In this document: positions 36,873-51,363 of the stretch, piece by piece
Numbering within the stretch: the first letter of the stretch is position 1
How the letters are laid out: every line of letters begins with the position of its first letter
Source of the DNA: Selaginella moellendorffii
Lineage: Eukaryota > Plantae > Lycopodiophyta
Reading direction: 5' to 3'
Assembly: GCF_000143415.4 (NCBI RefSeq)
Contig: NW_003314290.1
Location: forward strand, 1,045,586 to 1,109,585
DNA length: 64,000 bases
The notes under the pieces: generated by a model
The model's database searches: none
The model's input: only the letters and a program-made list of their open reading frames with translations
Told to the model about the DNA's origin: nothing
Made by a program: the position numbers and the translations under genes

Positions 36873-39800
36873 TCAATCATCCTTTTCTTCCTCGTCTTCT
36901 TCCAGATCGTAAAGCATTGCTCGCTTTTGAGCAGCGAAAACGCACGCAAGCCCTCTTGAAGCTGGAATCAAACGATAAAGAAGACTCGAGGCAAAACTTA
37001 GCTCATACCACTAACGGCGATGGGAGGGATCACGTCAAGCTGAAGGATGGATCGAGATTTGCCGCTCCTCAAGCCGACGAATGCAAGAGCATCCTGCACG
37101 TTCCAGGTTAGTCTCATGTCCAACGACACAACTGTAACTCACGTTCGACGTGCAAAACCGGAGAATTTCCCCCGCCTCGTTAGTCTGCGACTTCAATGAT
37201 ATAAAAGGCAGCTCTTCCAGCTCCAATACCATAATCCACGCCTGACTGCCACCACACTGAGGTAATCTTTCATTGAGTAGCAAAAGCAGTTGTTTCTCCT
37301 GCGACCAAGAATAGACCACTCAGTAAATGACCGTCGCGGTTGGCAGTTCGTACCTTGTACAAGGAAAAATCCAAACAGGTAAGGTGTTCATTGAGTTGCA
37401 GGACCACGGCTTCAACTTCGTTTCCATCGGAGCCCATGCTTTGGGAGTTGAAGCCACGAAGTACACCGATATGATTCGGCCCGTCTGTATGAATCTCAAA
37501 GCATGTATAATCAACAAAACTGGGGGTTTCCGTTTTCATCTGTAGAATGGACAAAACCTGCGGATCTGAAAATAATAAAGTAGAGCCTACCTCATAGTAT
37601 GTGCACGATAACGGAAGAAGCTTGGGGAACTCACAGAGGAAGAGATGACTTTTAAAACACAACCTAGGGGAGATTACAGCGACGGGCTTAGATATGGCAG
37701 CTCGCCAGCTGCAGGAAGAGAATGTGAGCCTTTACCTAGCAAAGTAAGTGCGCCTACCTGTCACACAGACAATTGAGCTGCTGAAAGAGTGTCCTTTGGA
37801 GGAACTTGACGTCTTGAAATCCGCCAAGCAAAAGAAGTTCTTCAGCTTTCGACAAGTCCTCTTCACTGCAACAGATAACATTAATGTCGTCAAAAGCTGA
37901 ACATGGTTATACATACAACCCAATGTTCGGTAGAACACCTTCCGAAATTACATGTGGTCCAATGAGATCTGAGTCGAACTGTTGTCTCAAAAATGTCGCG
38001 ATGGCTGTACTGGTTTGAAAGAAGAGGAGGTTTTAGCAGGACGAAACAAACATAGACACTACGTGGTACCTGTTGATGGGCTCTGTATGCAAGGGTGAAG
38101 TCTCGGCATTAAATAGTCGCAGCGATTTTGTAAGCCATACGAAGAAGAGACGATACTAGAAACTTTAACGGGTAAGTACAAATCGAAAGTTTGTAAGCCG
38201 TAATAATGTTTACCTGTCCAACCGTGTCACTCACTACATGAAGAAATCGTTCCACTTGCACCATTAGCATTCCTGCGTTCTCCATGACAGAGTTAACCAG
38301 AACTTCGTCTAGACCGATGGATTGCAGCTGACTACGCCAACGTGACAGCCCAAGGAGCTCGCCAATCCTGAATGCTAAAATCTCTGCGGCAGGCTTCACC
38401 GACTTACAGTTAACCATTGCACTTCAAAACAAATGCTTACTTGAAGATGATCAGCTATAAGAACCTGAATCTCCCTCCCGGCAGTATCAATGCTTTTTCC
38501 AAGTTTTTTCAGTCCCTGGAAGTGATCATGTTAACGCAAATAGAGCAAGGAACCTCCATACCCCTTCTCCTAATGTAACAGCAAGGAACTGATGGAGGGA
38601 GACACTTGCTGAGCCACAAGCCAGAAGGGTCAGGAGCTCATCACGTGGTGTTGACAGCGATCCTGCCACAAAGGTTCGATGTTGACAAGAATACAAAATA
38701 AAAAGCTTACCATTTTCACGGAGGAGTGACTGAAATGCACTAAATTTGTCGGCAAACGCGCTCATCGCATCAACCCAGTGTCTTCTCATGACCGTCAAAG
38801 TTGTTTGCAGAACTTCTAGCAGCTCTTCAATGCTGGAAGCCTGTAGTGCAACTTGACGAATTTCATTGCGCCTGCAAATAGAGCTTTAGTTTCGACCATA
38901 TCTTCCAAAAATACCCACCGACTGTTAAGCAAAGTAGTATCGACTGAGATGGAGACTAGTCCCGAGTTTTTATCTTGGTCATGGCAAAGCAGGATCATGT
39001 TGCATAGGTCGCCAGAGAGCATCACCTGTAGATATCATTCTTCGAGGTTAGAAACGCTACCACGATCAGAGAAACAGAATACCTTCACAGCTGATAGTTG
39101 CTTCCAATTGGGAAAGTTGTGTAAGTTCTAGAGGGTATTCACGTTAGACGCCACCAAGTTAAAGTGAAGCATACCAGTTCTCCAATGGCAAACAAGCCAA
39201 ATGCGTTGAGGCAAACAAGCCCATTGCTGTCGCTGCTGCACAAGATGTTGAGGTACTGCTCAGAGTGTTTCGATGCCGCATTCTGAGAAATGTTTTCTTG
39301 ATCATCCCCAGAAGCAAATGCGCCAGCCATATCAAACGCAGGGCCTGTTCCTGGCATTGCTGGTGGCTTTGGCGGTGGAGGAAAAAATCTCGAAGTTCGA
39401 TCTTCATGTAAAGTGGAACCCTGTATCAAACAATGAAACGCTTCTAGCATGAAAAAAGAGAAAGAATGCTGCTCTAAGTACCTGTGATCGAGCAGACCTT
39501 TCTTCCACCCAGTAGACACACTGAACCGAGGCCTTGTGCGCTTCAAGTGTTCTCAAAACCTCGCCATTCTGGAAGGAAAAGCTCACAACAATATACACCA
39601 ATGCAACGATAAGAACCTCGACATCGTGAAGAGATATTTCGCCATTTTCGTGCCCGACTGCTAGAGCCTTTCCATCGGGACGCCAGCATATAGCAGTGAT
39701 CCTCTTCTCTGTTCCAATCATTAGTAAAATCTCACATCAAATGCATCGAACGTCTTTTACCCGGAGAAATCGTCCACAGCTTCTGCCAGTTGAATCGATG

Positions 39801-39993
39801 GACCGTGAGCTGATGATCCGTGCTCACCATTGCGAGCAAATCCTTCTCCGGATTCCAAGACGCGATCTCCACCTGAGAGAAAGAATGCGCGCTTTGCCGA
39901 GAGAAATCCACCGCCTAGAAACATTACCTGGCAAGCGATCGGCTTATCCAGATGAAGCGTGAAATGCATCGCCTGGGGGTCTTGATCCGCCAT
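36873..39993 (-). CDS. APC4: Anaphase-promoting complex subunit 4
   Basis: [70 protein letters not shown]. Confidence 0.93.
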
Positions 39994-40054
39994 TGCCCAC
40001 AAAAACCTCGCCTAAACCCTAAAATATGGCCACGTCACATAGTGAGCCCTAACA

Positions 40055-41647
40055 ATGGAGGAGCGGGACAAGCGGAAGATCAGTGAGCGACGCCCTCACG
40101 CCCAGCGCCCCAAGCGCATTCACGCCGACACGACTCCACGGGTAGCATTCTTCGAATTTTAGTCTGGATTTTACCCCCAATCTGGCAGGAAGACGAGCAC
40201 GAAGTGTCCCTGGAAGCGATCCGAGCTCGAAGTAAGTGTTCCAAGGCTCACGCTTCCATATTTATGATCTCTCTCTCTTTTTTTCTCTATCGTAGTTTCG
40301 GGATTGCAAGAGAGGCATCTACAACTTCGTGAAACGCTCAGGTATTCTTTGTTCTTCTTTTCCCTTCTTTGTATGTCTCTCGAGCTAAATTTTTGTCTAG
40401 TAAGCCAGAGAAAGCTCAAGGCGCAAAATTGGCTCAAGAGTTCGATGAAGCTAGAGCTAACTCTTCAGGTTGGACTTGTTTTTCTCTTTCCTTTTTCTTT
40501 GATTTGCTAGATTTGTTTTTTCGCAGAGGGGACGTATTTGGAAAGCTCTAGTTGGAACGATGCACTGCTAGAAACCATCTTTGAGCAGGTAGTTTCTCTT
40601 AGTTTTGTGTAGTTCTAGAAGCATTCGTCTTTTGCAGGCTTACAGCGAAAATAGTTCCGAGAGTGAAAGGAACGACACCGGAAGATTGCTGTATCATATC
40701 GGTCGAAAGGTACGAGAATCCAGAATTTCTCTTTCGTGCTTAATTCTCTTTCGAGCTCCCAGGCCATTTTTATCTTGAGCAACAGACGCATCGGAATCGA
40801 ATTCACTCCAGCTTTCTCAGGTATGGGATAAACATTCGCCCAACAAGTTAGTGATGGTGGTATGTTGCAGAACAAGAACAAGAACGCTACTACTGTGTTT
40901 TAACAACGAAGCCACCGTCCAACAAAATTTTCGTGAGCAAAGACAACATTCCATTTTACTTGAACCTCCGCGAGATAGAGAAAACGCACTTGCAGCTTAG
41001 TGCCACGGTAATCCTCTTGCTTCTTCTCTATTTGAGCTTTACTCATCTTTTTCTCTAGAATTTCCTCGACCATGTTGACAGCCATCTACAGGCTTTTGTT
41101 TGTAGACGAGGACAGGTAAAACTCTTCGAGTTTAGATCGTTTGTTGTGACACAAGAGTAGTTTCCAGATTCTGGGGCTAAAGCAGCTTCACGGAGACAGT
41201 ATTGGAGATCTTTACCACAGCTTGCCTTACAATCTGATCACGTTTTCACTCGACGAACCAACCTGGTAAGAAGTCCTTATGGTTGCAAGTGTTTTCTTTT
41301 AGTGATTTCTATGCGTGGTTCGTTCTGCCAGTAAAGCCGACGTCGAGCTCGCCTTTGACAATCTCGCGTCCGAGTACCCGACGCGGTGCACGGTTTTGGT
41401 GTGGTCTCTCGCTCATCCAGGCCGAAAAGCAAGCGGGCGGCGTGGAACTCGGTCGCAGCAGGCATCTCAAGCTGCGTCGATCAAAGTTTCTAAAGCGGAA
41501 GAACTCTTGAGAATGAAACTTCTACCCGATGGTAATCTTTTCTCTCTTTTTTTTCTAGGAAAGCTTGAAAGTCTTAGATTTTTTGTTCTCGCAGCGTATG
41601 ATGATCTCGTCAAGGAGATACAAGCAGCGGCTATGGCAGAAGCTTGA
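40055..41647 (+). CDS. Centromere protein O (CENP-O/Mcm21)-like, many small exons
   Basis: Spliced reading RIGIEF..RYYCVL..IPFYLNLREIE..FLDHVDSHLQAFVCRRGQ..LYHSLPYNLITF..PTRCTVLVW matches my recollection of plant CENP-O. Confidence 0.78.
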
Positions 41648-41836
41648 AAAGAAGAGTTCAATGTTTGATGTTACTGCCAGACCGTGCAGCGCTGTACGCC
41701 ATGTGGCTGTATGCCGCGCGGTAGGACCGTTTGGAATCGAATATCCTTTCATTTGAGTTCACACCACAAAGTATCCGAGCTTTCTCGTTTCTTTCCATCT
41801 CTATACCTATTCCCAGTTCACATTCGCGCGGAGCTC

Positions 41837-44800
41837 TCAAGCCCTAGATCGGGATTCACTGGTGCTGCTCTTGCTCCGGAAAGTGGAGAAGAAATTCCTG
41901 GCTGCTGCAAGCAAGGCGCGATCGGTGAGTCTGTAAGCTAGATCTGAGAGAACGAGGGAGAGGGATTTGTACGAATCTTACATATTTCGCTCGCAGCGTC
42001 GGCAATCTTTGGCAGCGCCTCCAAGCTCCGCCTCACGCTGCTCCCGGCGCTGGATCCGGCCGTTCTGGGCAAGGGTTCCTCCACCGCCGCGTTCTTCTTG
42101 CTCGATCGGGTACTGTTCACGACGAAATCCTCGTTGATCGTGCTCCATTCCCCGGCATTGCTGTCCGACGCTCGGCTCCTACGTCCGAATTTTAGGAGGC
42201 GCTTCAATCCCTTGGGCTGGTCCTTGTGTGCCACGGGCTGGTGATGCTCTTTGCAAAGGGTCTTGATCTCCTTGGCAGCGAAGTCGTTTCGAAAGGATGC
42301 TAGCGATGACGGGGAGAGCGATCGCTGCAAATGAGGTAGACTTTGCGACGAGGGTCCTGTGCGTAGCGAAGAACTGATGAGATCTTGTTTGCTGCAGCAA
42401 ATGCCTTTGATTCCCAAGGTGGTGGTGGTCTCGTACGTCGTGAGTGGAGAAGCGGAGATGCCGTCCAGGAAAGATCTCCCGGACATGCATTTCTCCAGAG
42501 CCTCGTCGATCTGTATGTCGTCCTCGAAATCCTTGGAAACAAACGCCTCGAACTTGATCTCGCTCGAAGTGTAAGGCTCCTCCGACTTTGGTTGCTCTTT
42601 GAAGCTCTCACTTTTGACGTTCGTAATGACCAGAGAGACCTGTGGAGCTTCAGCCGGGAGGCCAGGGGAAGCCAAAGTCTTGGAAGGGTTGTCCTCAGGT
42701 ACCTGCTCGTTTCTATCCTTGCTAGTACAGCTTACGATCTGCTTGATGCACTCGTCGCTGGACTTCGTCGAGGAGACTGGTGTGGATCTTACCACAGTAC
42801 CAGTTTTTCCGGCTTCACACTTCGGCTCAGGAACACTTCCGGGCTTCGAACCAGCAGAGACTGGAGAGTTGGACGGTCTAGGAATCACAATCCTTGGTAC
42901 GCCTTGAGCCTTTGGCAAATCCTGTTTCACCCTGCCTTTTTCTGGTGCCAGGTCTCGAGGAACTTTGAGTGGAGCTAGAATCTGGCTGTCCCTGGCGTCC
43001 GTTCTTCCCTTCCCACCCAGTCTCTTAATCTCCCCGTTGGAAGGAGAAGTTTCAAGTGCCAAGTTTCGGTTCACCTTGTCTGCCCGGGACTGAGAATATC
43101 TCGACGGTTGCCCAGCCTCATGACTCGTGTTCAAGCTGTTTCTCCCCGTAAAAGGCTTGGCATTTTCCTTTCTCAGGTCTGCTTGAGTATGCAAGCTTTC
43201 AGCGATAACCGACTGACTCATAAAATTCGGCATTCTTCTTTGACTTACAGGAGGTCCACTCGATAAGTGCTTCGAACGTGGAGAGGAACTTAAGCGTCCG
43301 AAGTTCCTTGGAGTTGCTAGTGGCTTCGGAGGACCAGGTGAGATTTTTCTTGTGGATGAGGTTGTAGAGCTTGGAGATGACTCTTGCTTGCAGCGCAAAA
43401 CGTTGGAAGTTCTAGTCCGGGTCCCTGACTTTTCATTTTGCAGAGCTTTGATGGAGTCTAAGCGCACATCCTGTATAAGAAAGATCATCGAACCGTTAAA
43501 CAAAAACTCGAGGTATGTACCTTTTTCACGACGTTTTTCGTGGCTTGAAGCTTTATGGCCCGTATCTGCTCAACTGTCATCGTATTGTTCTTTTCTGGGA
43601 GCCGCGTGCTTTTTCCCATAAGTTCTGTCTTGCGCCTTTCCAAAACATCCTGCATTGCTCTCAGCTTCGATTCTCGCTCTGCTTTCAAGTGTGTCGATTC
43701 CTTCTTGTATTTTGCGGCTCGTATTTCTTGATACTGGTCGTAAAACCTTCCCTTCTCATGCTCGTGAGGAGCTCTTGTTGCCATTACGTCGTCGCTATTG
43801 GCTTTACCGTCATACTCTGCTGGAGTGCACAATGACTGTCTCCGAGAGGCTTCCTTGGTTGAAACGTTATTCTCGACGAAGATGTCGTCTAAGCCGAACT
43901 TGGAAACATTCGAGAGTGATCTCCATTCCCTGCTGTCGCTATCTGTTTCGACATTTGCCTTGGGCTGTTCCGGTTTTTTAGTCTGTCGCAAGGCCGAAGC
44001 AGAGAACAAGGCGTCTTGCACAACAGAGTTTATTTTCAGCAAGCACGTATAGCTCCTATCAAGCAGTTCCTTGCTGATTTCGTCCGCAGATTTTACTGTG
44101 CTCTGGTTGCTTGCACCTGTTCTTTGCTGAGTCCTACTAAGCAACTCTTTTCTAATCTCGTCTGCAGTTTTTGCTGTAGTGTTCTGACGGCTCCCGCCCT
44201 CTTTTTGTGTTCTATCAACCTGTTCCTTCCGAGTCCTAGCCAGATCATTCACAGCGTCCATTTTAGTATGTCCTCTTTGTCCCTTGCTATCTAAACTTGA
44301 CTTTTGCAGAATGAAATCACGGTCTCTCTTCGGCAAACCCGACTGTATACTTTCGGTAAGCATGCTTTTGCGCCTGACATCGTCACTTAGAAGCTCCCGC
44401 GGTCTGTGCTCGTGCTTGAGTGCGTGCTTGTGTCCGTCACTTGCCGCTGGGTCTTGCTTTCCTGTACGTGTTGGAGGATCCGACATCTTCCTATTTGTGT
44501 CCACCTGTTGTCTCGAAACCTCCCTGGATGTTTTCTGCTTGGTTTCAAACAGACTAATGGCTGCCTGAACGCTGAGCCGTCCGCCACTGCCACCTTTTGT
44601 TTCATTCTCACTGTCTCTGTCGCTCTCTGTGTCTGACTGCTTTGCAATGATGCTGCTTGCTCCGGTCTGCGGAAACTTGAGGTTCTTGATGACAACGATC
44701 CCTTTTCTTCGAACCGCAGACGCATCCACCTGGTTGGATGCGGACTTGGCCTCCCCAGTCTCACCACTGTCGGCGTCTTTCCCGCTTAGTTGACCGAGCA

Positions 44801-46281
44801 CATTTGCGTAAACGGGGTTCTCACTGCTGCCTTCCTTGTCTTCCCAATCAGATTCACGGCCTCCGGAAGCAGTGGACTTTTGTGGCGAGTCGGAGTCATC
44901 GGGAGTAAATGCGCCATCTCCTTCGGACTCAGGTACACTACCATTCACTCTTTCCAACGGCATCTGTAGTGGGATCTCAGCGACAGGTGGTCCCCATACC
45001 CTTCTCCTTCCAACGTTTTTCACCACCTCAACCTCAGCCTGTCCTTCCACCTCTAATTTTTCCTCCAGTTTTGTAGAAGCCCGAGTCTCTGATTTTTCCT
45101 CCAGTTTTGTAGAAGCCCGAGTGTCTGAGTTTTCCTCCAGTTTTTCCGCTGAAACGTCCGGATCAAGTAGTTTCCTATGCAATTCCGCAAACTTCGAGCA
45201 GGCCTCACTGCATATAGTTTCGTCAGCAAAACTTGACCATGAAGTGCTGCGTTACCTCAGCCGGGTGGCACCAAAGCAGCCTGCGAAAGCGATCAAGTCA
45301 GGCAGACAACCAATGGTGAAGCCCGCTGCCGCTGCACGAGCAAATGCACTCCTTTGCTCCTTTTCCAGAATAAGTCGCCGTGCATCCATCGCCTTTACCA
45401 AGTGCCTCCTGCCACCCGGAAGGGAGAGCGCATTGAAACCGAGCGTGGAATTCTAAGAGAGAGAGCTCGTCGGCCTTTACCTTGAAGACTCAGTTTCAAC
45501 CTCCAGGGTGTCCATTGAATGCTCCTCTGCCTCCGCATGAGCCTGTGAAGGACGGATTCAGAACATGCCGAAACTCATATCTAGTTGCATTTCATCTCGT
45601 ACCTGCGCTTTGGCTTGCTCAACTTTTTCCTTGCCTGAAACATCTCCCGTGTCAGCGGTCTTTACGTTCTCGGTTCTAATTTTTAAGTGATTTAACTAAC
45701 CTGCGTTTCCAGATTCGAGAACTGGGAGTGGGAGGCAGGCTCCAACCTGTGGAAAAAAGCAAATTCGCAAGCACGATGAGGGATGTCATCGCAACGAGTA
45801 ATTCCCAGCGCTTACGCGAGGTGATTCGCTTATCAAGATGCTGCTCGCTTCAGCGAGTTTCATGCGCTCCGTCTCCAAGAAGCTCACACGCTCCAACACA
45901 TCGGGCGTGCTCACAAATCTCACGAACCTGTCGCTCAAGTGGGTGAGTGAAATTTAAATCGCTATCAATTGTTGGTACAACAAAACTGACCTTTCGATGG
46001 TTCTTTTGGTGAACCAGGAAGCGCCTTGATGTGGACAATGCAGCTCGATGGAGCTACAATCATTCGCGAGCTGCTCTTGCGCCGTGCGGAGATGCGCTAG
46101 AAATGGCATCAAGGATCCAGAGGCCAATCTCTCGGTGGACTCTCCAGCGGCAACCCATAGCTCGCATCTAAGGCAAGGACGATTCAAGGCCCACGAAACG
46201 AAAAGAGAAAGAAAAGAGAAACCTGGAGCGAGATTCGTCGAGCTGAAACACCACAGAATCCAGCGGAGTATCGGGCTTCAT
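41837..46281 (-). CDS. COP1-interacting protein 7 (CIP7)-like family protein
   Basis: MKPDTPLDSVVFQL..RCEL..LASG..PFLAHL..WFTKRTIERFVRFVSTP, RLSVQAAISLFE, GRFYDQYQEIR, KGLKRLLKFGRR. Confidence 0.85.
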
Positions 46282-47673
46282 TCCGGATTCGTTGGAGAAG
46301 AGGAACAGCCACTCGTGCCGAAGCGATGAACAGGGGGAAGGCAGGACTTCCTTCAACCAACCATCGGGTTCTTCATGGACTTCAATTCTCTTCAAGGACG
46401 TACACGGTGCTGGAGGAGAGCTGGCGAGTCACGAGACGGCCCACATCAGAGAAAGAAAGAACAAAAGGAGAGACCGCTCGCAGCGTACTACAAAGCAGTA
46501 GCACTGAGCAGGACAACGAAGTGAAAAGAGGAGGCAATTGCATAGAGGAAAAGAAATCTCTCAATCCAGAGGAGGCACAACCCAGTGAAGTTATCAGCGC
46601 TGCTCAGCGAGCAGAGAAGAAATAGGAGGAGGAGCACAAACAGTGCACCCTTACAGAGAGAATGAGGTAAGTAGACAGCAGCATTTCAATACGGCTTTCA
46701 CCAAGTTTGGAAACCTCTGATCGGCTTCTGTTTTGTTTGCTCAGCAGCTACAGTGGATGGGCCAAGCGACAAAGCAACCACCTGTACTTGGCGCCGCCGA
46801 TGATGATCATGCATTCATTCGTAAGCAGAGTGGCAAGCGCAGGAGAGGAGGAATGCCAGAGTGCCAAGAAGGAAGAAGGGATGGAGGCAAAAAAAAAATA
46901 GAAGAGGAGAGCGACCTTCGTGTGCTACGCTGCTGCTCCTGCTGCTACAGTGTTCCTGCGCTCGCTTGTGCCCACAACACTCTGGAACAGTCTGATGAGA
47001 AGTAAGTCGCTCGCTACAAACTCCTCTCCTGTCGTTACGCATTTACAGCTCCTCATCTCATCCTCCGACTAGAGTGGATTCACTCTGCTTTGCTCCCTTT
47101 TTCCTTTTCTTTTCCTCTCTTTTTCTGTGTGAGAGAGGCGAGAGCTGCCACTGTGCTTGGCTTGCTAGCTAGCGCTGTTTGTTTCCAGCTCGCATTTTAT
47201 TCCTCTGATATCCTGTTGTTGGCTTTGGCTTGCGCTCAGCACAGCTCATCGAAAAGGGAGGGATCAGTCATTACGAAACACCAGAGAGAAAGAGAAAGAC
47301 GCCCCACAAGCCACAGCGCGCGCCTCTACTTAGACCTATTGTCGGGGAGCAGCAGTGAACGCATGGCTACCATTCCACTCGCACAGAGCGAGCTCTCGCT
47401 CATATGCGAGGACTTTAAACCTCCCCCCCTTTGTCCGGCTAGCCACCTCAGCCCTAGACGAGCCGATGTGTTAGCACCTGCTATCGCCACGTCATCACAA
47501 AACACTTGTCAGATAGGGCTGTGAAAAAAAGAACATACTAATAGAAATATTTCAATAGATCATGGCATCACTTTGCAAACTATCCACATGTGAGAATCAA
47601 TGTGGGGGTGCATGCAAGGACAAAGGGCTCCATCTTTAATTTGAATCTTGTTTGGGGTTGCTTTTCTGCAACT

Positions 47674-47702
47674 GTTGTTGTTGTTGTTGTTGTTGTTGTT
47701 GT
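47674..47702 (+). repeat. (GTT)n microsatellite
   Basis: About nine GTT units. Confidence 0.9.
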
Positions 47703-48532
47703 CTCTAGATGCCTGGCTCTATCTTTTTAACTTTTAAATCCTCACTCCTCCAGACATTAGCACCATGTAATTTGGCAGTTGAATAAAAAACTGTGATGGA
47801 TGAGTGCAATTCAAGAAATGGGCAGCAGGGCCAGGCCGCTAGGTATAGCGATTGATGTTAAAAGAGGGAAACAATTGATGCTGGTGATTGTGTTTGTAAT
47901 TCCACCACTATCTTATCAATCGCTATTACGGCCACACTAGCTGCATAACAAACAAAAAGAACGAGCGCGACCACTCGCAAGAATGGATCGATCGCTCGAT
48001 CGAAGCAGCGCTTTCGCCCCCCTCAACTTCAATCCATTCACATCCCATTCCGTTTTCCCGCCCCGCCAACTTTCAAATACCTCCCCGCAAGTAGCTACTA
48101 GGGCATCGACGTGATCAAATCATGGCCCATGCGTGCGAGAATTGAATACAGTTAGAACTTGTGGCCCAAATCTTGTTGTGGCCATCGCCATCGTGTACGA
48201 ACAACGAGGAGTGGGGTGAAAACGTTTTGGCGCGCGTAGCGAAAGCAAAGCGTGGTGTAAAAATCTTTTGATTTTTCATCTTTTCCCGCGACATTGGAAT
48301 CCGTGTCGGGGTAAATTCATTTTCTATATCGAGGTTGGCATGGATTTTATTTGAAATTATGGCGCGCAAAGTTTGGGTCACTTAGATGGTAAGAGTTTAA
48401 CTTTAATCACAAACTCACTTAAGCAACTCGTTGGGATTTCACGATCTTCATCTAGAAATCGCCTTCCGACCAGGCTTTCGATCGATCTCCGTGTGTGAGA
48501 GAAAGAGAGACAAAGCGAGAACTTGGGGCTCA

Positions 48533-49978
<1,446 letters not shown>

Positions 49979-50203
49979 CTACCTGATGGACCGAGCGATC
50001 GATCGCCGCCGCGCGCCAGGGCGGAAGGGACGAAAACGAAAGCTCGCGTCGCGCGCACCCTGGAAAAGCCCTAAGTGCTGTCGGGTAACGGTTCGAATCC
50101 TCTCAAAGTTCTTGCTTACGCGCGAAAAAGCCCTAAAGTGTTGCTGTGTCCCGGTTCGAATACTCTCAAAGCTCTTGCTTGTTTTGCCCTAATCTGGCGA
50201 GGA

Positions 50204-51363
50204 ATGGCGTCGACGCAGCAGGAGAAGGTCCCGGCCGCGGCGGCGGAGCAGCAGCAGCACAAGCGTAAGTTCCCGATTTCTCTGCCCGATGTGCGCGGCT
50301 CGCGCAGCCGGCCAAAGTTCTGGCTCGAGATGTTCAAATTCAGCGTCTACGTGACGATCCCGGTGGTTCTCATCTTCGGCTTCTCGGCTGGCTCCGACGC
50401 GCTCAACTGGGCCATCCGCAATGTGAGTGAATCGATGCATTGCATTCCATCTTCGTTGCTTCTCAGGGTTTTGTGGTTTTGTCCAGCTTCTCGTTCTTTT
50501 TCTTTTTCGTTTCCATTGAACAGTGCGATACTTCCTCGCAGCTTTCTCATGCTAGATAAGATTCCTTCTGGAACTTTGTCTGCTGCTTTGGCGATTCTTC
50601 CATCTTCTTAATGGTTTCTCCGTCCAGCTTCTGTCCAGCTTCTTCTTTGTTCCTTCCCATCTTCGCGTTAAGCGGCGCGATACTTTCTCGCAGCTTTCAA
50701 CGTTTCTCTTTTCTCTCTGACTTGTTTTGCGTTGTTGTTAGATAGACACTTGGTATGTTTCCTTCTGGAACTTTGTGTGGTACCTCCTCCCAATCGTTTT
50801 TCCTTTTTTTTATATCTCGTGAAGAAGCGTGATACTCTCTCGCAGCTTTCTTGCTAGACACACACTTGTATGATTCCTTCTGGAACTTTGTGTGGTACAT
50901 CCTCACACTTTTGCGATTCTTCCATCGTCCTTCTTAATGCTTTCTTTGTCTTTCGGCTTGCCCGATTGTTCTTCCATTCTTTTTTCTTTCTAGCCGTGTT
51001 TCTAATTTCTAAATAGATAGTTTGTGTGGATCTCTTTGCGATTTTCCTTCTCTTTCTTCGTCCAGCAATCAAAGTTTTCTTTGCCAGCGTTTCCTATGAG
51101 AATGTGTCTTTGCGCGATTGTTCTTTCTTTTTCTCGCTAGCTCGCTCTTAAGCTGTTTCTTTTCTTTGTTTTTTCCTTCTTTTTCTCCACCCTATCTTCC
51201 AGCTCGGTCTACTAACGAGATTCGATTTGGCTCTCGATATTTGCAGCGAAGCTACGTCGTCTACCCTCCACAGAATTCCAAGCCTCTACCACCGCCAGAA
51301 TTCTTCATGGAAGTCGCCAGAAGGAGAAGAGAGGCTCGGGAAAAGGCGGCAAAAGATCTCTGA
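50204..51363 (+). CDS. PET100-like cytochrome c oxidase assembly chaperone, two exons
   Basis: LEMFKFSVYVTIPV followed, after intron ~50423-51246, by RSYVVYPP. Confidence 0.8.

Noticed and set aside
40900-41085. Minus-strand ORF suggesting a nested gene
   Set aside because: Antisense shadow of CENP-O-like exons and an intron.
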